Source of the DNA: Cycas panzhihuaensis
Lineage: Eukaryota > Plantae > Cycadophyta
Assembly (NCBI GenBank): GCA_023213395.1
Contig: CM041465.1
Location: 182,287,741 to 182,351,740 of the forward strand
DNA length: 64,000 nt
Direction of reading: 5' to 3'
The notes beneath the pieces were generated by a model. The model was not told the DNA's origin. It saw only the letters and a list, made by a program, of their open reading frames with translations, and searched no databases. The position numbers and the translations under genes were made by a program. Within the stretch, counting starts at the first letter, position 1. Each line of letters begins with the position of its first letter. Shown here one piece after another: positions 1 through 14,173 of this stretch.

Positions 1-77
1 TAATGTATTATTCATCAAGCATATGAGCAAAATAATTATATTAGTCAAACTAAATGGCATTACTAAAAATTCATAAT

Positions 78-2664
78 TGTTAGAAATAAATACGCAATAC
101 AAGTCTAAGATCATATAAGACTATGAAATAATAAAGGCATGTAGGTGAACAAATAAAAGAATAATATGTACAAGCATATAATATACGTTACTTTTAAGAA
201 ATGACCACTTCAAATTATGTTATGTTAAACTAATATGCATTTATAGTACATATCCCTACTTAGCTATATAATTATAATCTAGGAGCCACTTGGTCAACTA
301 ATGACCTTTTACATAAAGAAATATATATACTATGTCCTTCTCATGCATATCAAAGGGATAATTATATTAATTTAACATTACATGGATTAACATTACCTAG
401 CATTCCCCTCTTAATGTTTAATTCATGCCATATAATTACTTCAAACATGATGTTAGGTTTATATAAAAGTCAAATGTCTACTAGAGTACATGGGTAACTA
501 ATTATTGTACCTACCAGTCTTATAGAATGACTTTTACATACATGGTTCATTGATATTTCCTTCCCAAGTAGCCTTTAACTACTCTTATTTTTCCTATTAC
601 TAGCTCTCCTAGCTAAAGTTACACCTCTAAGAGAAAAATTAAGCTAAAAACCCTTAGCCCCATCCACTGCACCAAGGAACAAACTTATAAAAATGGTCAT
701 CTAAGAAGAAACATGTGATAAAAGACCTAATTTTCCATGCATAAACTCTATTTTAACACCTTGTCAAATCAAAGTCTAAATTTCACAGCATTAAAAGTAT
801 TCTAGAAATTCTTTAAAGCATATCATGTGACCATTCATTAAAAAGCCCCATGAGTCATCTTCATAATGCAACTAATAACAATTAATTCAGATGTCATACA
901 AGTAGATATAGATGTTTTTATATATATAGGTACCTTTTCAGGTGAAAAAAAAATTAAATGAAAAAATAACTTTTTGTCTTAGCTCTCAGTCACATCAAAA
1001 CTCCCATATAACTAAACTAGGAGCTAAATAGACCTCAATTAATATTTAAAAATATTTTAATAAAATATTATAGTGTTTAGAACTTTAATGAAAAGAAAAA
1101 TTAAATTATTATTTCACTTTTAATATGAGTAGAGCTATGTGCAACTGTGAAGCTTCAAGTAGTTCCTATGATCATTCCTTTCACCAATTTTTAATTTGGA
1201 AGCTTTTAAAATATAGATCTGACTATATAACAGAGTTTAACACCTTCAAATTTAGTTATAATACTATGTTTTATCCATTGCTAGGCACCTAATCACTCAT
1301 GAAGTAGCCCAAACTCAATAGTAATTTGCCTAACTTGTAACAAAGTCGTCCAACCTCTAAATATAATAATAATTTACCATTGTGCATTGCCAACATAATG
1401 ATTTATCATCTACAAATATTTGTAGAGCCAAATGTAAATAAAATATTTTAAAAAAAGGTTTGATTCCTCATCAAAACCATATAAACCCCCATTGCTTCAT
1501 TGATATACTATCATAGCTTTCACAATAGCCTATAAACATTATTTTTTACTTAAAACTATTAAATCTCCATTGTAAACCACGTTTGTCTCTACTTTAGATT
1601 AGAAATAAGGGAGTGCATACCAATATACATGAGATCCATTCAACAAATTGGCCATGCTACTTCTCACCATCAAATAAAAATTAATAACCTCTAACTTTTA
1701 ACATGGCGGCACCCAATGAACATGCAAATCCTCATTGCACATATAGTTGAGCGATAATTTCTTTACATTCATAAGTTCTTTCACGATTAATAAGCTCTAC
1801 TTCAAAGCCTCAACCATGCTAATTTCTTCATATAATCTAATGAAGTATCTATTTCTCCAAACCATGCTACAACACCCTTAATTCTTGCCAATATAATAGA
1901 GGGCAGAACCATAGCGTTCCTATCATATCACTAGTTTTATAGGGTGATCAAGCCTATATTTAAAGCACCACTCTCAAGCCCTCATATAACACCTATATAT
2001 ATTCTTATAAAATATATAAATAATCATACCATGCAACAAACCTTAATGGCATTAAAGATAACTACAATGCCTACACTCCTAGTTGGATTTTCACACATAA
2101 GCACTAATAGGCTTCAGGCTCATAATACTAACATGCTCTAGGTGCCCTGTAAAATATGACTTAAAACCATCCATAACTACAACAAAACCTTACCTAATAA
2201 ATAGGTAAACTGCCCCTCTTATTGATCACTAATAGGCATACTTAAAATAAGTTTAGAATAACCCCTTGACAAGTGGACACACTAATAGTCTTACAACTTA
2301 ACTAGGGTTGATATAGGCTCAAACTAAGGCCCTAATACCACTTGTTAGAAATAAATGCCCAATACAGGTCCATGATCATACAAGACTATAAAACATTTAA
2401 GGCATACACATGAACATATAAAGAATAATATGTACAAATATATAACAAGCCACTTGTGGAAAATGACCACTTCCAATTGTATTATATTAAAAGAATATGT
2501 ATTTATAGTATGTATCACCTTCTAGTTATCCAATCATAATCCGGGAACCACTTGGTCAATCAATGACCTCTTACATAAAGTAATGTGTGCATTATGACCT
2601 CCTAATGTACATTAAAAGGATAATTATATTAATTTAATATTATATGGGTTAATATTTCCCAACA
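78..2664 (-). mobile_element. Non-autonomous LTR element G1 (TRIM/LARD-like), inserted in the host RT
   Basis: Direct repeats 78-402 and 2343-2664 with TG..CA ends; exact TSD ATAAT (73-77, 2665-2669); PPT rc TTCCCCTCTTAA at 403-414; PBS rc CCCTAATACCA at 2330-2340; no recognisable coding domain. It splits the RT motif RYGY|YEFLVMPF. Confidence 0.9.
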
Positions 2665-3603
2665 ATAATACCCATACCTATCTTGAAGACAACTTCTTCC
2701 TTAATTTTGATTTGAGAATAACTAGACCTTAAATCTACTTTGGTAAATAGATTATCCCCTTTTATTTGATCAAATAGGTCTTCAATTATGGGCAAAGGAT
2801 GTTTGTTCTTAACTATGGCTTTATTTAGCTACTGAAAATCTATGCACAGTCTTAATTTTCCATCTTTCTACTCTATAAATAAAATAAGTGCTCCATATGA
2901 TCATATACTTGTTCTAATAAGACCTTTATTAAATAAATCTTAAAGTTACACTTTCAATTACACTAACTCTAGAGTAGCTAGGTAATATGATACTTTAGAT
3001 AATGGCTATATTCCTAGCATAAGCTTAATCACATAGTTAATATCCTACTTAGGTGGTCATCCTAAAAGTTCATTCAAAAACACATCCTTGAACTCTTGAA
3101 TAAAAGGAAGATCTTTAGTATTATGTTCCTTAAGAATTTCTTCCTTATTAACATGACTTATGTATACTTGGCATCCTTTACTTAAATGTTAAAATCTATT
3201 AAATAGTAACTAGGAGTTTCTTCCCTTTGATGATTGTTAGCTCTCCATTATCATTTAAACATTTTACACATTATTATATCACAATCTATCTTAGCATAAT
3301 GCTTTATGAACTATTCTAAGCTAATAATAGTATCATAGTCTCCTGGTGGCAAAATTTAAAAAGTAGTATGAGTAGACTATGATTCATATTCTAATGGATA
3401 AAAAGTTAGATAATCTATCATATTTCTCATATTGCCATTAGCCATGTATATATTCCACTTGTCCTTATGCTTTCCTTTATTAAGCTTGTACTTTTTTAGA
3501 ACTTTGGAAACTAAGAAGTTGTGGCTACTTCTTGAATTTATAAGTATGGTGATGTTATAACCTATAAATTTTCTTGGTGTTTATACTATAAAGAACTAGT
3601 GAT

Positions 3604-3908
3604 TATTAGATTTTGAAAATACAAACTATGCAAACATCTAATGGTGAGTGAATGATAAATAATAAAGTACAAGAGAAATAAAGTATATACACAATGAACA
3701 CCATATGTGGAGAATTGGCCAAAACTTAATTAGAGAGAATGAAAAGTACATTCTTATAATACATGCTCACCACTAATGAGAGAACCCCATTGGTCGACTT
3801 GGAGGTGGTACATATATTTAGGTGGTCCACAGCCTCTAATATAAAAGTATAAAGAATAAAGAGAATTTACATAGACTTGATGTATATAATTAGGTATTAC
3901 ACCCAATA
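3604..3908. mobile_element. Old solo LTR (~305 bp) in the host gag-protease linker
   Basis: Ends TATTAG...CCCAATA (deaminated TG..CA), flanked by GTGAT/ATGAT; host coding remnants lie on both sides. Confidence 0.6.
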
Positions 3909-4386
3909 ATGATTAACTTGCTTTCTTTTTATTATTGCAAGGACATGTATGATACCTTCCTCTTAAATTACATTTGCCACTATAGCTTATATTTCAAGAT
4001 TAGGGGCTCTACCTCCCATTCATAGCCTTTGTAGATAATTATTGGTAAAATACCCTAGTTCATTATATTAAGAATGCTTAGCTTCTCCTAGTTTTATGGG
4101 AGCATCCACATATAGTAGGTTAGGCCTTGGATTACTTTATGGGTGATTAAGATCTTTTAAGCCTTGATTGAACTGGGGCAACCTAAAATTTCTCCTTGGT
4201 TGTCCTTATCTTCCATGAAAAGTTTCCCTCCATGTGGCTTGATTATCATATGATCTCTATAATATCTAGTCATGAATCACTTCTTTTAAGGATTTTGGTT
4301 CATGGATACTAATTCTCTTTTGGATGCTCTCTCTTAATCTCTTAATGAATTAATGTGTCTTTATCTCTTTTTCCCACATATAAGAT

Positions 4387-4462
4387 ATATATTAAAGGAG
4401 CCCCATAAATTATATTATATATATATAAATAAATATATATATATATATATATTAAAGGAGCT
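4387..4462. repeat. (AT)n microsatellite between two copies of TATATTAAAGGAGC
   Basis: Read directly from the sequence. Confidence 0.85.
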
Positions 4463-4757
4463 CCTAAATGATCTCTCATACTTCTGTACTATCATCCTTA
4501 CTTACTTTAATTTGTGAAAGACTTTAGCTTTCTTATTATAATAGCACTCAGAGAGATACTTCACCTTAAAATATTTGACAAACTTACTCCATCTCAATTC
4601 TCTTTCTTGAATGTTTTTTACCTTCTTATGATGATCCCACCATAAGGATGTTTTTCTTGTCAAGCTATAAACAATAATTCTCACCTTTTCGTTGGAATAG
4701 AATTCATTTAATATGAAGTGCTTTTCAACATAAGCAAGTATACTTTTGCTTCACTTT

Positions 4758-7700
4758 TGTTGGATATTGTGACAATAATAGTTTAAGGCTAAAATTTTGG
4801 TATGTTGGCAGCACAGTTTTCCTCCCTAATCTTTCTTGGGGGGTTCCATAAGGCGGTACCCCCTTGGCGAGAGAGGTGCGGGCGAGAACGCCCCCCCGCT
4901 AAGAGGGGGTTTAGGGATGATAGCCCCCGACCTGAAAAATTAGCCCTGTAAACCCTATTAAATCATAAAGAGAATCAAGGTCATTTAATACAAATACCCT
5001 AGATTCTATGGTTCAAATTTATGCCTTGGATGACCCTCTCATGTAGCCCGATTTAGGGCTTTTCTTATTATGATGTATGTAATGTAATGTAGTGTGATGA
5101 GGGCGGCAGCTAGTTATTATTCCTAAGAGCGCTCTACTACTGAGATATACTTTTTCTCCATTCTACAACAATAAAGATTGATACTTTTCTTGTGTGGATG
5201 TTTCCCTAGCACCCTACCACGTTATATCGGGTGCATATGTGAAGTTTGACTTTCATATTCATGTTATTGTATTATCTCTAATTTTAGAACTTGCATGTTA
5301 AATTTTAGTTTCGATTCCTGTAACTAGTTGTAAAATAGTTCAGATCTTATGGCAGTTTAAGGTTTGGGACCTTGTATTCTCAACAAGTGGTATCAAAGCC
5401 TTTTTTTTTTTGCAACGAGTTTATGAAAGTTTTAATGTCAGCTTTTCTACACCAAATGGTGAAACTAGCAAGTGTAAAGTTAAAGGTGGAGAAATTCAAT
5501 GGCAAGAACAACTTCGAGTTATGGAAGCTACAAGCGTATGATATTCTTGTACAATAAGGTTTGTACAAAGCCGTTGTAGGCAAATCGAAGAAACCCATAG
5601 GAATGGATGATGATGAATGGGATGATTTGGACAAAAAGCCACTTAGCACAATACGATTGTTCTTAGCAGATGAAGTTTTATTTAACATTATAGGGGAGCC
5701 GACAGCAGCAAGATTATGGACCTAGTTAGAAGGCTTGTATATGACCAAATCAGTAACGAATCGAATCTACCTGAAGAGGCAATTGTACTTGTTACAGATA
5801 AAGGAAGGTATAAAAATTACTAACCATTTAAATGTTTTCAATATTCTTATTTGCCAGTTGACTATTATCGATGTTAAAATTGAGGATGAGAACAAGGTTG
5901 TTACTTTGTTATGCTCATTACCTGAATCCTGGGATAATATTGTCACCTCAATTAGTTTTATCACTACAAATGAATTGGAATATGATTCTATTATGAGTGC
6001 TTTACTAATGGAAGAAGTGTGGAGGAAGTCTAGTCTTGAAACCTCCACACTAGAAGCTATGACGGCAAGGGATAAAATGATTGAGGGAGGACAAAACTCC
6101 AAGGATACGTTGAGGTCCAAGTCAAAGAGCAAAAAGAGTAAGCTCAGATGTTGGCACTGTAATAAGACAGATCACCTCAAGAAGGATTGCTTCAAAAGGA
6201 AGGAGTTCCAGAAAAAGGAAGATCATGCTAAGGAGGTGAATCAGGTGGAGTCAAATCAAGGTATGGATGATGATGTCTTGGTTACTTATAATGTTTCTCA
6301 TTATCACCATGACTTGTTATTAAATTCAAGTGCTTCGCACCACACATGTCCACATAAGAGTTGGTTCTCATCATACCAACCTCTTGATGGTGGTGATGTG
6401 CTTATGGGAAATGAAGTTTCTTATAAGACAGTGGGCATTGGTAGCATCAAAATTAAGATGTTTGATGGGGTAGTGAGAACATTAACTGAGGTTAGACATG
6501 TACCTGATCTAAAAAGGAATTTGATTTCCTTGGGTGAACTAGATTCGGGTGGTTTTAAGCATACAGGTCATGAAGGAATCCTAAAAGTGTCAAAGGGTGC
6601 CTTAGTTGTTATGAAAGCCTTAATGAAAGGAAACATTTATATATTAGTGGGAAGTACAAATGTCAGTCATGTAGCTACAATATCAAAAACTACAAAAGAT
6701 CCAACTCAATTATGGAATCAAAGACTTGGGCATATGAGTGAGAGAGGACTTAAGGTGCTAATAAACTGTAAGTTGCTTCCTAACTTGTAGCTTTCAGATT
6801 TGGCTTTTTATAAACATTGTATTTTTAGAAAGTAGTATAGACTCAGGTTTAAAGTAGGGAGTCACACTAGTGAAGGTGTTCTAGATTGCATACATTCATA
6901 TGTATGGGGACCAGCCCTAAAATATCTTGTGGACGATCATTATACTTTGTCACATTTATAGATGATTACTCTAGGAAGGTATGGGTCTATTTTTTGAAAA
7001 GGAAATCTAAAGTGTTTAGTGTGTTTAAGCAGTTCAAGGCTCTAGTTGAGAACAATACTGGTAAGACAATTAAATATTTAAGAACTGATAATGGAGGTGA
7101 GTTCAACTCTTTGGAATTTGAGAACTATTACAGAGAAGCTGGGATTGAAAGACACAAGACCACTAGCTATACTCCACAGTAAAATGGCATTGATGAGCAC
7201 ATGAATATGACACTCTTAGAAAGAGCAAGAAGCATGCTAAGTAATGCAGGAGTGGAGTAGGCCTTGTGGGCAGAAGCTATTCAAACAACTTACTATCTGG
7301 TAAGGAGGTCACCATCACTTGTAATAGATTACAAGATTCTTGAAGATGTATGGATTGGACATCCATGTGATTATTCAAATTTAAAAGTTTTTGGTTGTGA
7401 TGCTTATGCCTGGACTGACAAAAGTAAACGTTCAAAGTTAGACCCAAAATCCAAGAGATATATCTTTGTTGGTTATGGCGATAAGGATGGTGTGAAGGGA
7501 TACATGTTGTGGGATCCTACTGCCCACAAAATCACCATTAAAAGAGATGTTGTATTTGATGAATCTCCCCTTGTAAAATCAGACAGTGAAGAAGTTGAAA
7601 TGAAACAAAAGCAGCAAGCTGAACATTAATAAGTCAAGTTTGAAATGCAGTCATTTATGGAATCATAAGAGCAGGAAGATCTTTCTGAAGATGAATCAGT

Positions 7701-10074
7701 AGTAGATTCACAGGAGTATATAGACACTCCTCTTCTAACAGTTAGAAGATCTACACGAGTTAGTCATCCACCTAACAGGTACAACCCTTCTATTTTAATT
7801 GCTTTGGTTTCTAATGATGGTGAGCCCACATGTTATCAGGAAGCAGTAGATGATATCCATGGTGAGAAGTAGAAAAGGGTTATGCAGGAAGAGATAGATG
7901 CTTTGAACAAAAATAATTTATGGGACTTGGTAGAACTTCCACATGGCAGGAAGACTATTGGTTATAGGTGGGTTTTTAAAAAGAAAACAAATGTTAATAG
8001 AAAGGTTGATAAATACAAGGCAAGACTGGTGGCTAAAGGTTTTGTATAGAAAGCATGTATTGACTTTCATGAGATCTTTTCACCAGTTGTTAAACTTGTT
8101 TCAATTTGAGTGCTATTAGCATTGGTAGCTTCTCTCGATTTGGAGTTGGAGCAGTTAGATGTAAAAATAGCTTTTCTACATGGAGATTTAGATGAGGAGA
8201 TCTATATGGATCAACCAGAAGGGTTTGTACAAGATGGCAGGAAAATACTTGTTTGCAGGCTTAGGAAATCATTATATGGCCTGAAGCAATCACCCAGGCA
8301 ATGGTACAAAAAGTTTGATGCCTTCATGGAGAGCTAAATTTTCAAAAGAAGTGAGTATGATCATTGTGTTTACTTTAAATTTATGGACAATGGCTTATTC
8401 ATTATCTTAGTATTATATGTTGATAACATGCTGGTTGCAAGAAAGAGCATGGAAGAAATCAATAAGCTAAAGGCTCAATTGGCTATGACTTTTGATATGA
8501 AGGATCTAGGAGCTGCAAAACAAATCTTAGGCATGGAGATACATAGAGACAACAAAAATAGTAAGCTATGGTTATCATAACTAAAATATGTGGAGAAGGT
8601 ACTAACCAGGTTTGGTATGGAAAATGTGAAACCAATGAGTATCCCATTGGCTTCCCACTTCAAGCTTTCTTTGAATATGAGTCCTAGTAGTAAAGAAGAA
8701 AAGGTTTATATGTCTCATGTGCCTTATGCCAGTGCAATAGGAAGTTTGATGTATGCCATGGTATATACAAGACCTGATATTTCACATGTAGTTGGTGTAG
8801 TTAGCAAGTTTATGGTAAATCTAGAAAAGGAACATTAGGCTGCAGCGAAATGGGTGCTTTGGTATTTGAGAGGTACAAGTGACTACTGCATCACCTTTGG
8901 AGGTACAGGTAATCAGGTTTGTAGATATGTTGATTCAGATTTTGTAGGAGATTTAGATAAAATAAGGTCTACTTCAGGTTATGTTTTCACTCTTACAAAT
9001 GGTCTAGTTAGTTGGATGTCTAAATTGCATACCACAATCGCACTATCAACTACAGAAGCTAAATATGTTATTACAGCACATGCTTGTAAAGAAGCAATCT
9101 GGTTACAAGGTCTATTGGTTGAACTTGGAAGGAGACAGGAAAATGTAAAGGTATTTTGTGATAGTTAAAGTACCATTTACTTAGCCAAGAATCCAGCTTA
9201 TCATAGTAGAACAAAGCATATTGCTTTTAAGTACCATTTTGTTAGACAAGTTATGGAAGCTGGTGGAGTGGCACTTAAGAAGATTCACACAAATAAGAAT
9301 TGTGCTGATATGTTCACAAAACCAATACCATTTGAGAAGTTCAAATGGTGTTGGACTTCTCCTGGCTTGCAAAAAAGATGATGAAGGGTCCAAGAAAGGT
9401 ACCAGGTAAATTGTTATCAAGGTGGAGATTGTTGGATATTGTGACAACAATAGTTTAAGGCTAAAATTTTAATATGTTGGCAACGCGGTTTCCCCCCTTG
9501 ATCTTTCTCGGGGGGTTTCAAGGGGGGTGGGAGTCCCCCTTGGCCGGGGGGTGCGGGGGGTGTGGAACACCCCCCACTAAGAGGGGGTTCAAGGGCGATA
9601 GCCCCCGACCCAAAAAAATAGCCCTATAAACCATATTAAATTGTAAAGAGAATCAAGGTCATTTGATACAAATACCCTAGATTCTATGGTTGAGATTTAT
9701 GCCTTGGATGACCGTCTCATGTAGCCTAATTTAGGGATTTTCTTATTATGATGTATGTAATGTAATGTACCGTGATGAGGGTAGCAACTGGTTGTTGTTC
9801 CTAAGAGCACTTTGCTCCTGAGATGTACTTTTCCTCCATTCTACAGTAATAAAGATCGATACCTTTCCTATGTGCATGTTTTCCTAGCACACTGCTAGGG
9901 TTTTACCACATTATATCAAATGCATATGTGATGTTTGGCTTTCATATTCATGTTATTGTATTATCTTTGATTTTAGAACTTGCATGTTAAATTTTAGTTT
10001 CAATTCCTGTAACTAGTTACAAAATAGTTCAGATCTTATGGCGGTTTAAGGTTTGGGACCTTGTATTCTCAACA
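4758..10074 (+). mobile_element. Full-length Ty1/copia retrotransposon (Tork/Tnt1-like)
   Basis: LTRs 4758-5385 and 9430-10074 (TGTTGG..CAACA); exact TSD ACTTT; PBS TGGTATCAAAGCC (iMet) at 5388-5400; PPT AAGGTGGAGA just before 9430; domain order gag-PR-INT-RT-RH. Confidence 0.97.
5456..9381 (+). pseudogene. Copia gag-pol with multiple premature stops
   Basis: KVEKFNGKNNFELWK; CWHCNKTDHLKKDC zinc knuckle; LLNSSASHH protease; LWNQRLGHMS; FIDDYSR/RTDNGGEF integrase; [26 protein letters not shown]; YVDSDF..STSGY RNase H. Confidence 0.95.
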
Positions 10075-11071
10075 ACTTTTACTTTTGCTTTTACCATTAA
10101 AACTATGTAGTTTTACCTTTCTCATTTTAAATTTGAGTGTATTCTTTCTTCCTCCTCATCCTCCTTGTCTTAGCTTTGGAGTACAACTAGAATATTAAGT
10201 AATAATTGAGTAATGTTCTTCATTATAGCTCTAAGTCCTTCTCTTGGTTCTCCTACTACATTATTCATGGATTAATGGTTCTTGTGATCTACTTCTTTTC
10301 GCATTACTCTTAGTATGATAATACCACCTATCTTCCCTGTCCTAGTCAATGGTTTGTTGAATGTTATAGAGCATTACTTCATGGTTATTCATAATAACAT
10401 TATGTTTCCTCATAATCCTTCACCGTCTTCTTTGTAACCTTTTATTTACTCTTACAAATTAAGCATTATCCCTACTAAGTTAATCAAGATGTCATCTCAT
10501 GGATTCTCCCCATGCCTTAAGAGTTTTTTAGTTCTAACCTCTTTAGTATTAAGGTCTCCTTAACACTTGTGAACCATCTATGAATCCTCTTTATGCCAAG
10601 TTCTCCTAATACTCATGTTATTTTCCTATACACCTCTATGAGCTTCTCTCAAAGCCTTGATAATCCCTTATTAATATGCTTGAACTTAACCTTAGAATTT
10701 TAACAAGTTCTTAGTTGAATGTATAGGCTTTAGCCTTATGCTCTAATACCACTTATTATGGGCCCTACTTAATATAACACAAACCTTAGGCACCTTTATA
10801 CTTCCTAGTTAGAACTCACACAAGTTAACTAACTAAGGTCAACACCAGTTATCATAATTTGAACATACAAAGGCTTACTTAAAATATCATATGCTTAGTA
10901 GAATAGTCATATCTAATAAATTCAACAAGTCTAAGTAGATAAGGATGCTTCATAATTAGATTCCAGAATTACTTACAATAATATTTCCTATGAGTATATA
11001 TAATAAACTAATATGATTTAAATATTAATAATGTCTTAAGAGAAAAATAAGTAGATTACTCAATCAAATTC

Positions 11072-13833
11072 TATTAGATAATGTTAATCCATAAAATATT
11101 ATATTATTGTAATTACCCCTTTGATGTGTACTATGGGGTTATGATGTACACATTTTTTTATGTTATAGGTTATTAATTGATCAAATGGCTCCTAGATTAT
11201 GATTAGATTGCCAAGTGGTAATATGCACTATAAATATATATTAGTTTAACATAATGCAATTGGAAGTAGTCATTTCCCACAAGTAGCTTATGTTATATGT
11301 TTGTACATATTATTCTTTATTTATTTGACCTACATGCCTTATATTTCATAGTCTTACATGATCTTAGACCTATTTTGGACATTTATTTCTAATAAGTGGT
11401 ATTGTAGCTATCTTTACTTATACCCTTTTTTTTTTTTTATGTTTACTATTAGAGCCCTAGTTCATGCCTATTTTGACCCCAGTTAGGTTGTAAGACTATG
11501 GGTGTGTCCACCTATTAAGGGTTAATTTTGAACTTATTTTAAGTATGCTTGCATGTGACCAGTGATAAGAGTAGCCTATTTGTTTATTAAGTAAGATTTT
11601 GGTATAAGTTATTGATAGTTTTAAACTATAATTTGTAAGGCACCTAAAGTGTATTGATACCTATATATGAAAATCCAATAAGAGTGTAGGTGTTGCAATT
11701 ATCTTAAATCCCACAAAGGTTTGTTGCATGTTTGATTCATTTTTGGATTGGTTATTTATATGCTTTGCTAGTATACATGTAAGCATTACATATGAGTATG
11801 AGAACAGAGCTTCAGATACAAGCCTGATTATCTTATTAAAGCCAATGATGTGGTAGGTAAGCCATTATTTCTTGTGCCATGTGATAAAGTAATCATGATT
11901 AATGAGGAGGGTTTTATAGCATGAATTAATGTAATAGATGGGTTGGCTTATTTTAAGGATACTAATATGTTTAGGACTTTAATGCTAAGCTTAATGATTG
12001 TAAGAGAACAAAGGTTATGCTAGCTAGTAAGTGTATACAATGAAGGTTTGCAAGTTTATTGGGGTTCTTGTTCAAAGCACATTACACCATTCAACAATTT
12101 GAAAGTTGAAATGTTATTTAATGGTGAAAGTGCTATATGATGGTGAGATCCCTTTCACTTCAGAATTGCAATAGTTTATAAAGAGAATATGAGATTTAAA
12201 TAAAGATTAATAGGTAGCTTGTATGATATTTTTGAGTTATAGTAGTTTGCATCAAGGGTTTATACTACTATGTGAAGGATTTTGATCATTTTTCTCTATA
12301 TTTCTCTATTGGGAGCTATCATTTCTTATAAATGATAGATCGGTGAAACGATTATATTATGAAGAGGATTTAACATTAATTAGGCACTCTATTTGGTTGC
12401 TAAGTTGTCTTGGCAATGCTTTGGGCATTTAGAGTAGATTCTTGGTGTTTTGGACACCTCCCAATATGAACATCTCAAAGCCAAGCATGTTTTTAGTATC
12501 TCTAAATGTGGTAGCACTTGCAAATATGATAAATATAGTGCTCATAGTATTTGACTATGTGTTAACCAACTTTGATGTATATTAGCTAAATTTGAGAAGA
12601 GATGAGTAATATTTCACTATATTGGGCACTTTCCAATACGGATTTTTTGTTTCTTAGCATGTATTTGAGGGTGTATAACCCTTATGTGTGGTTAGATCTA
12701 AATTTTAGTAGCTCCCAAATTAAGAAATGATGAAAAATCGAAGTGTGGGAATCGCTAAAAGCTCTACAGTTATGCGCAAGTCATGTATGTCAAATGAATT
12801 TTTACAAGTTTGATTTTTTATAAACTAATGTTTATAAATATTATAAGGTGAAATTAAAGTATTTTATAATGTTTATTAAAGTTTGTAAGCTTGGTTGTAT
12901 GAATGTTATAAAGTGATTAGGAGCCAAACATAAAAGTTTCTTTTTTTTGTTTTTTTTTACTTTTTTACTTGAAAGGGTACTTGTGCATATAAAAATGACC
13001 ATATCTCTCTCTCTCATACAACATCATAATTGAGTGTCATTAGTTGCATTATAAATCTAACTTATGGAGTATTCTAATAAGTAGCCACATAATATGCTTT
13101 GAAGACATTTTAAGGTAGTTTTAATAGTGAAATTCAAACTTTAGTTTGACAAGGTATTAAAATGGAGCCTGTGCCTAGAAAAAAAAGGTGATTTCTCACA
13201 TGTTTTTGTTCATATAACCATTTTTACAAGTTTGTTCTACTATATAGTATATAGAGTTGAGGGTTTTTAGCTTGATTTTTCTCTTAAAGGTACAACCTCA
13301 ACTAAGAGAGCTAGAAACATGTAAAATGAAAGCAAGTGAAGGCTACTTAGTAGGTAAATATTGGTGAACCATGTATAGGAAGGCTGATCTAGAGGATTGA
13401 TGGGTATAAGGACTGGTTATCGATGTACTCTAGAAAATGTTTAGATTTTATATGAACCCAACATTACATTTGAAGTAATTGTGTGATATGGATTAAATAT
13501 TAAGGGGGGAATGATGGGTAATATGAATCAATGGAATATTAAATTATTGTAATTACCCTTTTGATATGCACTAGGGGGCATGGTACATATACTTCTTCAT
13601 GTTGTAGGTCATTGGTTAACTAAGTGGTTTCTGGATTATGATTGGATATCCAAATGGTAATATATACTATACCTATGTATTAGTTTAATATAATATAATT
13701 AGAAGTGGTCATTTCCCACAAGTAGTTTTTTTTATGTATTTGTACATATTATTCTTTATTTGTTTCACCTATATGCCTTATATAGCATAGTTTTGTATGA
13801 TCTTAGACTTATTTTAAGCATTTATTTCTAATA
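11072..13833 (+). mobile_element. Non-autonomous LTR element G2, same family as G1, opposite orientation
   Basis: LTRs 11072-11394 and 13512-13833 are reverse-complement homologues of the G1 LTRs; PBS AGTGGTATTGTAGC at 11395; PPT TTAAGGGGGGAA at 13500-13511; internal 13200-13380 matches the rc of 540-720. Confidence 0.88.
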
Positions 13834-14173
13834 AGTGGTATCATAGTTATCTTTGCTTACCCAATCATTCAAATTTCCTGAAAAGAAAATGGCCCAAAGT
13901 TAGAGCACATGGTATGAATATTAGAGTAGTGGATGATCTCTCAATACTCAAACTAAAATTTCCCTGTAAGACCCCTTTGAATACTATTTCTTTTATAGAA
14001 GTTACAATAATATTTAATCATTTGCACAATTACCATAAGTTCCCATTATGATCTCAACACACAACTTTAACAAATATAAATACATTATTCTCACATCTTC
14101 ACATATTAAACTAGTTTATAGCCTCATATTATTTATAGTTTCCTACTAAATTAATCTATTTGGACTATTACAC

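Larger units (their letters stand above)
1..14172 (-). mobile_element. Decayed Ty3/gypsy (Tekay-like) host element, truncated by the window start and carrying four nested insertions
   Basis: Minus-strand remnants: gag (ORF 4502-4684, LWW...WSKF...F...YL), protease (~3520-3560, ILINSRSSHNF), RT (2690-2940, KDGKLRLCIDF..LNK...KNKHPLPIIEDLFDQ; 1-77, YEFLVMPFSLTN). iMet-type PBS remnant at 10740-10751. 5' LTR from 10754, putatively ending at 14172 (rc TGTAATAGTCC); this outer boundary is uncertain. Confidence 0.75.
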
